Positions 57,139-64,000 of a stretch of 64,000 bases of DNA are shown here, in pieces. A model generated the notes under the pieces. That model was not told the origin of the DNA, made no database searches, and saw nothing but the letters and a program-made list of their open reading frames with translations. This DNA comes from an uncultured Bacteroidaceae bacterium. Lineage in GTDB: Bacteria > Bacteroidota > Bacteroidia > Bacteroidales > GCA-2748055. The stretch lies in assembly GCA_964528675.1 (NCBI GenBank), contig CAZGTU010000007.1, positions 17,353 through 81,352 of the forward strand. Reading direction: 5' to 3'. A program made the translations under genes and the position numbers. The stretch's first letter is position 1, and each line of letters starts with the position of its first letter.

Positions 57139-58053
57139 ATGAAAGCACAAAACATTCTTGAAACCGTTGGAAACACTCCGCATGTAAAAATTAATAAACT
57201 TTTTGGCAACGATCATGAGATATGGATCAAGCTTGAGAGGGCAAATCCCGGGGGCAGCATCAAGGACAGAATAGCTCTGGAAATGGTCGAGCAGGCAGAA
57301 AAAGATGGTAAACTGAAAAAAGGATCAGTAATTATTGAACCTACAAGCGGTAATACCGGTATTGGTCTTGCAATGGTTGCAGCCGTTAAATCCTACAAGC
57401 TTATCCTGGTCATGCCTGAATCAATGTCTGTTGAGCGTAGGAGTATCATGGCAGCAATGGGAGCAGAGTTTGAGCTAACCCCTCGCACTGAAGGAATGAA
57501 AGGTGCAATGGCAAGAGCTGAAGAGTTAAGAGATGCTATAGACAATGCCTGGATTCCGTCACAATTTGATAATCCTGCAAACCCTGAATCACATATTAAA
57601 TATACGGCACAGGAGATCCTTAAGGATTTCCCGGACGGGCTGGATTATTTAATTACCGGTGTGGGTACCGGCGGTCATATTTCCGGAGTTGCTAAAGTAC
57701 TCAAGGATAAATGGCCAAATATCAAAGTTTTTGCTGTTGAGCCTGAGGCCTCCCCGGTAATATCGGGAGGCGAACCAGGACCGCATCCTTTACAAGGAAT
57801 AGGCGCTGGTTTTATACCTGGGAATCTCAATAAAGAACTTCTTGATGGCGCTATAAAGGTCAGTAAGGAAGAAGCTTTCAATTTTGCTAAAAAGTGTGCC
57901 CGTGAGGAAGGTATTTTTATGGGGATATCTTCCGGTGCTTCACTGGCTGCTGTTAATAAGAAATTAAAGGAAATTCCGGAAGGTTCGAAAATTCTTACTT
58001 TTAATTATGATACAGGGGAGAGATACCTTTCGGTTGAGGATTTGTACGATTAG
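57139..58053 (+). CDS. cysK: cysteine synthase A (O-acetylserine sulfhydrylase)
   Basis: PLP lysine motif [14 protein letters not shown], and the GTGGH loop ([10 protein letters not shown]). Confidence 0.95.
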   Translation: MKAQNILETVGNTPHVKINKLFGNDHEIWIKLERANPGGSIKDRIALEMVEQAEKDGKLKKGSVIIEPTSGNTGIGLAMVAAVKSYKLILVMPESMSVERRSIMAAMGAEFELTPRTEGMKGAMARAEELRDAIDNAWIPSQFDNPANPESHIKYTAQEILKDFPDGLDYLITGVGTGGHISGVAKVLKDKWPNIKVFAVEPEASPVISGGEPGPHPLQGIGAGFIPGNLNKELLDGAIKVSKEEAFNFAKKCAREEGIFMGISSGASLAAVNKKLKEIPEGSKILTFNYDTGERYLSVEDLYD

Positions 58054-58111
58054 ATGGAATGATTTGTGCTTTTTGGCGGTAATGAATTTTTGAGGAAAAC
58101 TGTCCGGAAAA

Positions 58112-58138
58112 ACCCTCAGGGTCTTAAACCCCGAGGGT
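58112..58138. repeat. GC-rich hairpin sharing the CCCCGAGGG core with the tRNA-His terminator
   Basis: accctc-a-ggg tcttaaa ccc-c-gagggt (6+3 bp with one mismatch). There is no T run on the plus strand; A5 precedes it. Confidence 0.6.
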
Positions 58139-58263
58139 GTAATTTATCCTTATTGATAACTTCCATGACAACAAATTCTTATCAAGCGTTTCCTTTACTT
58201 ATACTGCAAGTGAAATTATTTTTTGTGTTCCAAATATATCCACCGATCTTTCATCCTTTTTTC

Positions 58264-58271
58264 TATCTTTG
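58264..58271 (+). promoter_or_regulatory. -7 box TATCTTTG upstream of the HAD-like gene
   Basis: tatctttg at 58264-58271, 9 nt before the ATG at 58280. It lies inside the over-extended ORF 58223. Confidence 0.4.
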
Positions 58272-58279
58272 CTCAAACT

Positions 58280-58714
58280 ATGAAAGAAATGTTGAAAATT
58301 GCAGTTGATTTTGACGGTACAATCGTTGAACATAAATATCCTGAAATAGGCAAAGAAAAACTTTTTGCCTTTGAAACGCTTAAAGCACTGAATAAAGATG
58401 GTCATCAGTTAATTCTGTGGACTATTCGTACCGGAAAAGAACTGGATGAGGCAGTTGAATATTGCCGTAGAAATGGAGTGGAATTTTATGCGGTCAATAA
58501 AAATTACCCTGAAGAAATTTATGAGGAAGGTGTAACCAGCAGAAAAGTTCTCGCTGATATTTATATTGATGACAGAAATGTCGGAGGTTTCCTGGGTTGG
58601 GGTGAGATCTACCATTTGATCAATCCGGATGCAGGCCTTAGCTCACAGGAAGAGATGAGAAGAATCAAAGCTTCCAGGAAATCGGGTAGCTGGTTAAAGA
58701 AATTATTCCGGTAA
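58280..58714 (+). CDS. small HAD-like hydrolase-fold protein (hypothetical)
   Basis: The start at ATG 58280 gives MKEMLKIAVDFDGTIV (DxDGT nucleophile motif) and a later IYIDDRN. TAATG overlap with the next gene. Confidence 0.4.
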   Translation: MKEMLKIAVDFDGTIVEHKYPEIGKEKLFAFETLKALNKDGHQLILWTIRTGKELDEAVEYCRRNGVEFYAVNKNYPEEIYEEGVTSRKVLADIYIDDRNVGGFLGWGEIYHLINPDAGLSSQEEMRRIKASRKSGSWLKKLFR

Positions 58715-59826
58715 TGAAAAAAAAGCCTGCATATATTTTTTTATTGTTGTTGTCTTTCTTCCTGCTGCAACCAGCATGTAAGTCAGAAAAGAGGAATAGA
58801 TCTTCAGAACCGCCAACAGAACAGGCTCGAAAGAAATTGCCTGAGAATAAATATAATTTGGTAAAGCCAAGAAGAAATGTCTATGTTTCACCAGGGGAGG
58901 AAATCCAGGCTGTTATTGAACCTGTTTCAAAAAATATAGCTCCGGATTCAGCACTGCTTTTGCTGGAAGGCGAGTTAATGGAAACCATTCCAACTGGTGA
59001 ATTTGAAGCAAAGATGACAATTCCTAAGGACCAACCACCCGGGACCTCAAATTTGAGAATGATTATTTATACAAATGAAGAGGAAGAAACTCATTCCGTA
59101 AATATCAGGGTTACCTCCGGAACAGAACCCGAACAATACAGTTACAGGGTTGTGAAAACCTATCCGCATGACAAAGGCGCTTTTACGCAGGGTTTTGAAT
59201 ATCATGATGGCTTTATTTATGAAGGTACAGGGAATTATGGGGAATCCTCTCTTCGTAAAGTTGACCTTGAAACCGGTGAGATACTGAAATACAGAAATTT
59301 AGAATCCGACCTTTTTGGGGAAGGAGTTACGCTTATAAACAATAAAATATACCAGATCACTTATCGTGCCCGGGTCGGTTTCGTTTACGATGAAAATAGT
59401 TTTGAACTCATAAGAAAAATCTATTATCAGATTGAAGAAGGATGGGGACTGACCAATAATGATGAACATATCCTGATGAGCGACGGCAGTCATTTTATTT
59501 ATTATATGGATACCACTTACTTTAGCGTGGTGAAAAAAATCGAGGTTTTTGATCAAGAGGGAGAAGTGGATCAATTAAATGAGCTCGAGCTTATTAATGG
59601 AGTTTTATATGCAAACCGATATACTACAGAGGAGATCGTAATGATTGATCCTGAAACCGGCAGACTTCTTGGAAGAATTGACATGAGCGGAATTCTTGAC
59701 CCTGCCGACAGGCATCCATCTATTGATTATTTTAATGGTATAGCTTATGATAAAGAAAACGACCGCATATTGGTTACCGGAAAATACTGGCCCAAAGTTT
59801 ACGAGGTAAAATTCATAAAACAATAA
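58714..59826 (+). CDS. glutaminyl-peptide cyclotransferase (beta-propeller type) with N-terminal lipoprotein extension
   Basis: Lipobox-like LLQPAC. The core YRVVKTYPHDKGAFTQGFEYHDGFIYEGTGNYGESSLRKVDLETGE matches plant/bacterial glutamine cyclotransferases. Confidence 0.75.
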   Translation: MKKKPAYIFLLLLSFFLLQPACKSEKRNRSSEPPTEQARKKLPENKYNLVKPRRNVYVSPGEEIQAVIEPVSKNIAPDSALLLLEGELMETIPTGEFEAKMTIPKDQPPGTSNLRMIIYTNEEEETHSVNIRVTSGTEPEQYSYRVVKTYPHDKGAFTQGFEYHDGFIYEGTGNYGESSLRKVDLETGEILKYRNLESDLFGEGVTLINNKIYQITYRARVGFVYDENSFELIRKIYYQIEEGWGLTNNDEHILMSDGSHFIYYMDTTYFSVVKKIEVFDQEGEVDQLNELELINGVLYANRYTTEEIVMIDPETGRLLGRIDMSGILDPADRHPSIDYFNGIAYDKENDRILVTGKYWPKVYEVKFIKQ

Positions 59827-59830
59827 GAAT

Positions 59831-59910
59831 TCTTACCCGCCCCAATCCCTTTCCTCGCTTCCCCACACTACTTTCACTTCCATTTCCCACTTTCCTATCC
59901 CTCTATTTTT
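59831..59910 (+). other. G-depleted pyrimidine-rich tract (2 G in 80 nt)
   Basis: Counted directly; the only G residues are at 59840 and 59858. Contains CACTT/TTCC-rich words (ctttcacttccatttcccactttcc). Confidence 0.9.
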
Positions 59911-59948
59911 TTGTAAATTGCTCTTCCCATTAAAGCAAAGAACTCATC

Positions 59949-60743
59949 ATGAAAAAATTTTATGCCATTGCCAATTTTATTGTTGTAGTTTTTACAATCC
60001 TGTGGAATTATATTGCAAATGCAGGATTAATTAATAATTCAACTGTTGGTCAGATAAGCGATAAATACGGTAACCTGCTAACCCCTGCCGGTTATGCTTT
60101 TTCTATCTGGGGACTTATTTATTTGGCTTTGATAGGCTTATCCATATTTTTAATTAAGCGGGTGTTCTTCAGTAAAAATGAGGATGATTTTGTGTTGCAG
60201 ATCGGCCCCTGGCTTATTATCGCAAATATTGCTTCTATGATATGGATTTATTTCTGGCTGAATGAAAAGATCGGTCTGTCTGTAATCTTCATATTCATTA
60301 TTCTTATATCTCTTATTGTTATCATCATCAGAACCAATATGGAGCGATGGGATGCACCCCTTCCGATTATAGCCTGGATATGGTGGCCGATCGATCTCTA
60401 TGCAGGATGGATTGCTATTGCCGGCATAACAAACCTGGCCTCATATATTAAGCTTTTCGATCTGCAGATCTTTCAGAATGAACTGGCATGGACAGTAAGT
60501 ATGATCATTGTTGCAACAATCATTAATCTTCTGATGATCATTTTTAGAAATATGAGGGAATTTGCTGCTGTTGCCGTCTGGGCGATCATCGCAATTGCAG
60601 TAAGACACTGGGATAACATACCCGAAATCCAGTGGACATCTGTAGCATGTGCAACTGTATTACTTGTTGTGATCTCCATCCATGGCTATCAGAACCGGGA
60701 AACGAATCCCTTGAATGACATTTTCAGTTCTGGTTCCGGATAA
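59949..60743 (+). CDS. TspO/MBR-related (tryptophan-rich sensory protein-like) polytopic membrane protein
   Basis: 264 aa with about 7 TM helices, Trp-rich, and an N-terminal SDKYGNLLTPAGYAFSIWGLIY segment as in long TspO-like proteins (from memory). Confidence 0.4.
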   Translation: MKKFYAIANFIVVVFTILWNYIANAGLINNSTVGQISDKYGNLLTPAGYAFSIWGLIYLALIGLSIFLIKRVFFSKNEDDFVLQIGPWLIIANIASMIWIYFWLNEKIGLSVIFIFIILISLIVIIIRTNMERWDAPLPIIAWIWWPIDLYAGWIAIAGITNLASYIKLFDLQIFQNELAWTVSMIIVATIINLLMIIFRNMREFAAVAVWAIIAIAVRHWDNIPEIQWTSVACATVLLVVISIHGYQNRETNPLNDIFSSGSG

Positions 60744-60788
60744 TTGCAAACCATGTGATCCGGCTTTGATTCGATATCTTATTTAGGA

Positions 60789-60843
60789 GTTGGTAGTTGG
60801 CAGTCCACCGGCGAGCAGCTGCCAACCGCCAACTACCAATTTT
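60789..60843 (+). repeat. long imperfect inverted repeat (possible terminator of the TspO-like gene)
   Basis: Left arm gttggtagttggcag (60789-60803) pairs with right arm ctgccaac[cgccaac]taccaa (60819-60839, 7-nt internal duplication), followed by T4. Confidence 0.45.
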
Positions 60844-60959
60844 ATCTAACTAAATCCCGTCAAAAACTGACTTATTGCAGTAAAAGCATCCAACAATCTC
60901 CTGTTGCCCAACCGCCATAATTCATGAAAAAACTATTGTGTCGTGGAGACCCACTGATT

Positions 60960-60987
60960 ACCGATAACCGTTTACCGTTTACCGTCT
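60960..60987. repeat. four tandem heptamers ACCGATA ACCGTTT ACCGTTT ACCGTCT
   Basis: Read directly. Located in the 316-nt convergent spacer 60744-61059. Confidence 0.85.
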
Positions 60988-61059
60988 ACTTTTAACACTG
61001 CCAGTAAAGGTTAGATACCCGGATATGCTGCTTCGTCGCTAAGGACTGCCAACTTCCCT

Positions 61060-61989
61060 TCACCCCGCTCTCACTATCTTCACACTCTGAGGGATGATCT
61101 CAAATTCGAATGGGGTATGGCCCAGGCTTTCGCCGTCGGTTTCCAGAAATATTGTTTTTTGGGAATTGATGAAAATGTTTCTGCCATTTAAAGAAATGAC
61201 TTTTGGATGTTTCTTGATCTTTCCGTTGTAAAGTACAGGTAGACTGCGCAGAATCCCAAGTGCACCAATTTTTCTTATAATCGTGAGGTCAAATATTCCA
61301 TCATCAGGTATAGCATCGGGAAGCTGGATCATCCCTCCTCCATTATACTGGCAAATGCCAACATTCATTGAAAAAATATCACATTCATGGGTGTCACCAT
61401 CGACTTTCACTTCTGCGTGGAAATGTTTGTAGCCAAACAGACTGGTGAAAATATTCCAGAAATAAAGAAGTTTGTTGGATTTTCCTTTTTCTTTCAGCTT
61501 ATTGCTTTTGCGGGTAACAAGAGCATCGAACCCAATGCCTGCAATGTTGACAAAGTACCTTCTTATTTTTTGATCTTTACGGGTAAAGATTACCCTTCCG
61601 GCATCCTGGATGAAGGTTTTTCCCTTGATTAGAGTTTTAATAGCTTCTTCATACTTAAAAGATATTCCGAACATCCTTGCCCAATCGTTTCCTGTGCCCA
61701 CGGGTATCATTCCCAGGGTAATATCGGTGGTGACCAGATCTTTCTGGGCAAAAAGTCCATTGATTACTTCATTCAGGGTCCCGTCGCCTCCTACAATCAG
61801 GATATTTTTGTATCCTTCCCGAATCTTATTCCGGGTAAGGATCATTGCATGAAAACGTTTTTTTGTGAAAACAGTAGTATAGGAAATATTGTATTTGTTC
61901 AGTAAATCCTTGATAACCGGCCAGTCTCGTTCGCATTTGCCTGCACCGGCATTCGGATTCACAATGGCTATCCATTCCTGGTTTGTCAT
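61060..61989 (-). CDS. diacylglycerol/lipid kinase family protein (YegS/BmrU-like)
   Basis: 309 aa with the ILIVGGDGTLNEV motif and GTGNDWAR. Confidence 0.8.
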   Translation of the reverse strand: MTNQEWIAIVNPNAGAGKCERDWPVIKDLLNKYNISYTTVFTKKRFHAMILTRNKIREGYKNILIVGGDGTLNEVINGLFAQKDLVTTDITLGMIPVGTGNDWARMFGISFKYEEAIKTLIKGKTFIQDAGRVIFTRKDQKIRRYFVNIAGIGFDALVTRKSNKLKEKGKSNKLLYFWNIFTSLFGYKHFHAEVKVDGDTHECDIFSMNVGICQYNGGGMIQLPDAIPDDGIFDLTIIRKIGALGILRSLPVLYNGKIKKHPKVISLNGRNIFINSQKTIFLETDGESLGHTPFEFEIIPQSVKIVRAG

Positions 61990-62267
61990 TGAGAGAATCT
62001 TATATTATAAAAATATTAAACCAATATTAATTTAATCTGGAGCGCTAAAATATAATTTTTACATCATATTTTTTCGGAAATATTCTATATTTGATGTCTC
62101 TTTCAGCTATACTTTCGGATTGATCAAAGTATGATGCAGGATTCATTTTATTGGTTTTTAATAATTTCACAAATTACAATAAAAATTGTTGAAAACCTGT
62201 TAATAACTCCAAAATGAATGTTTACAATAAGAAAACACATTGGAAAAGGGATAAGTTTTTAAAATAG

Positions 62268-62275
62268 TAAATTTG
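62268..62275 (+). promoter_or_regulatory. -7 box TAAATTTG upstream of parA
   Basis: taaatttg at 62268-62275, 42 nt upstream of the ATG at 62318. Confidence 0.35.
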
Positions 62276-62317
62276 AGTCCTTCGAATTAAACCTAAATAC
62301 AAAAAAAGGAAAACTAC

Positions 62318-63118
62318 ATGGGTAAAGTTATCTCACTGGCAAATCAGAAAGGCGGTGTTGGAAAGACCACAACGGCGATTAACCTGGGTGCCAGTCTGGC
62401 TGTGCTTGAAAAAAAGACACTGATTATTGATGCTGATCCACAGGCAAATGCAACATCAGGGACAGGTTTTGACCTGAAAAAGATAAAAACGAGTATTTAT
62501 GAATGTCTTATAGATGAGGTCAATCCAAAGCGCATTGTTTTGAATTCAGAAATGGAAAATCTGGATCTGGTTCCTTCCCACATCGACCTTGTTGGTGCAG
62601 AGATTGAGATGCTGAATATCCCTGAGCGGGAATTCAGATTGAAGAAGGTGGTGGAACAGATTAAGGATGATTACGATTATGTGCTGATTGACTGCTCACC
62701 ATCTCTCGGCCTCATTACTGTAAATGCTCTTACTGCTTCCGATTCTGTGATCCTGCCAGTACAATGTGAATATTTTGCCCTTGAAGGCCTTGGTAAATTG
62801 CTGAATACAATCAAGATCATTCAAAACAGATTGAATCCGGAATTGGAAATAGAAGGATTTTTACTAACGATGTATGACGCAAGACTCAGATTGTCGAACC
62901 AGGTGGTTGAGGAGGTCAGACGACATTTTCAGGATATGGTTTTTGATACTATTATTCAGCGAAATATTAAACTCAGTGAAGCTCCCAGTTTTGGGAAACC
63001 TGCAGTTATGTATGATGCTGAATCCAAGGGTGCTGTGAATTATTTGAACCTTGCAAGAGAACTGCTTCAAAAAAACGACCAGACAAAGTTGAGTAATGAA
63101 GAAAAAATAATTGAATAA
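62318..63118 (+). CDS. parA: chromosome partitioning ATPase ParA/Soj
   Basis: Deviant Walker A KGGVGKTTT, DCSPSLG, 266 aa. parB follows. Confidence 0.9.
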   Translation: MGKVISLANQKGGVGKTTTAINLGASLAVLEKKTLIIDADPQANATSGTGFDLKKIKTSIYECLIDEVNPKRIVLNSEMENLDLVPSHIDLVGAEIEMLNIPEREFRLKKVVEQIKDDYDYVLIDCSPSLGLITVNALTASDSVILPVQCEYFALEGLGKLLNTIKIIQNRLNPELEIEGFLLTMYDARLRLSNQVVEEVRRHFQDMVFDTIIQRNIKLSEAPSFGKPAVMYDAESKGAVNYLNLARELLQKNDQTKLSNEEKIIE

Positions 63119-63124
63119 AACGAT

Positions 63125-63997
63125 ATGGCTAAGAAAAATGCATTGGGAAGAGGCCTGGGTGCTCTGATTGAAGAGGAAGAAAAGAATGAGCAATTGCCGG
63201 AGCAATCATCTGTGACAGAAATACAGGTTAGAAAAATTGTGGCTAATCCATGGCAACCCCGATCAAAATTTGATGAGGAAGCACTGGAAGAGCTTGCCGA
63301 TTCTATTAAGCAAGTTGGTATCATTCAGCCGGTTACTGTCAGATTGACCCTTGAAGGCGACTATCAGCTCATTACCGGAGAAAGACGTTTCAGGGCTGCC
63401 AAAAAGCTGGGCTTGAAAACCATCCCTGCATTTGTGCGTTTGGCCGAAGATACCAATATGTTGGAAATGGCCCTCGTTGAGAATATCCAAAGAGAAGATC
63501 TCGATGCCATTGAAGTAGCCATCAGCTATGAACGCCTAATGGAGGAATGTAATCTTACCCAGGAAACACTCTCCAACAGGGTAGGGAAGAAAAGATCAAC
63601 GGTCGCTAATTATCTTAGACTGCTTAAATTACCGGCAGAAATCCAGCTTGGCATACGTGAAAAGAAAATCAGCATGGGACATGCCCGTGCAATTATAAAC
63701 CTGGAAGATCCCACCGTTCAGTTAAATGTTTATAATAAGGTGATTTCCAATGACCTGTCGGTGAGGAAAGTGGAAGATCTGGTGAAAAACATACAAAATC
63801 CGCCTGAAAAGGAAGTAAAACCTCCCACTCCTGAAAAAAAGGAATACGAAGATCTGAGGGTTCATCTTTCCAAACAATTTGGTGCCGATGTTGATTTCAA
63901 TAGAAATAATAAAGGCAGGGGTAAGATCGTTATTTCCTTTAAATCGGACGAAGATCTTGAAAGAATCATCGCAATACTCGATAAACTCAATGCCTGA
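63125..63997 (+). CDS. parB: chromosome partitioning protein ParB/Spo0J
   Basis: ParB box GERRFRAAK, HTH region (TQETLSNRVGKKRSTVANYLRLL), 290 aa. Confidence 0.9.
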   Translation: MAKKNALGRGLGALIEEEEKNEQLPEQSSVTEIQVRKIVANPWQPRSKFDEEALEELADSIKQVGIIQPVTVRLTLEGDYQLITGERRFRAAKKLGLKTIPAFVRLAEDTNMLEMALVENIQREDLDAIEVAISYERLMEECNLTQETLSNRVGKKRSTVANYLRLLKLPAEIQLGIREKKISMGHARAIINLEDPTVQLNVYNKVISNDLSVRKVEDLVKNIQNPPEKEVKPPTPEKKEYEDLRVHLSKQFGADVDFNRNNKGRGKIVISFKSDEDLERIIAILDKLNA

Positions 63998-64000
63998 TCG

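Noticed and set aside
60924-60995. 23-aa ORF MKKLLCRGDPLITDNRLPFTVYF spanning the heptamer repeats
   Set aside because: It is too short and has no promoter box. Its C-terminal half is simply the translation of the tandem ACCGTTT repeats.
62131-62217. 28-aa hydrophobic ORF (MMQDSFYWFLIISQITIKIVENLLITPK) downstream of a TATATTTG box at 62086-62093
   Set aside because: AT-rich spacers generate such ORFs readily. There is no supporting signal beyond one motif match.
61990-62317. oriC/DnaA-box cluster or parS site next to parAB
   Set aside because: No TTATCCACA-like boxes beyond a single weak GGATAA, and no TGTTTCACGTGAAACA-like palindrome, were found by eye in the spacer or within parAB. parAB alone does not place the origin here.

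Overview
The window reads as an ordinary chromosomal segment of a low-GC member of Bacteroidota. Evidence for the phylum: a T9SS type-B (gliding-motility C-terminal) sorting domain protein, an alternative complex III (actABCDEF) operon plus a caa3-type oxidase operon, TAnnTTTG-type -7 boxes just upstream of several start codons, and no obvious Shine-Dalgarno sequences. About 60 credible CDS, one tRNA-His and several intrinsic terminators are supported.

Content is mostly housekeeping:
- Topoisomerase tail, aroK, yhhQ-like transporter, flavodiiron protein.
- psd-cdsA-ftsH-rsfS block, birA, pyrE, NUDIX, coaD, lon, L31 type B, folA-thyA, cysEK, pssA, parAB.
- Two respiratory operons: ACIII at 39.8-47.7 kb (+) and SCO-coxI-III-IV-II-heme O synthase at 50.1-55.2 kb (-).
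- A four-gene overlapping glycan operon (flippase, methyltransferase, GT4, Cys-less AsnB-like enzyme) ending at tRNA-His.

I see no CRISPR array, no intact mobile element, no recognisable defence or toxin-antitoxin system, no parS and no oriC. The items most worth a second look are:
1. A compact promoter-to-terminator three-gene metal-handling unit (Cys/His-rich membrane protein, His-cluster TonB-dependent receptor, HMA protein) next to a frameshifted Y1 (RayT/IS200-like) transposase remnant.
2. GC-rich palindromic hairpins sharing a CCCCGAGGG core, a perfect 20-bp palindrome and twin CTTG-tetraloop hairpins downstream of tRNA-His.
3. G-free pyrimidine tracts and short tandem repeats (9-mers, 7-mers) in three intergenic spacers.
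4. A secreted protein built from five L-E-x-W-M repeats.
5. The atypical oxidase operon order with a translationally coupled DUF4328 gene.

All functional calls come from motif recognition by eye. No searches were run. In several cases the longest ORF in the supplied track over-extends the N-terminus into the promoter, and I give the shorter start.
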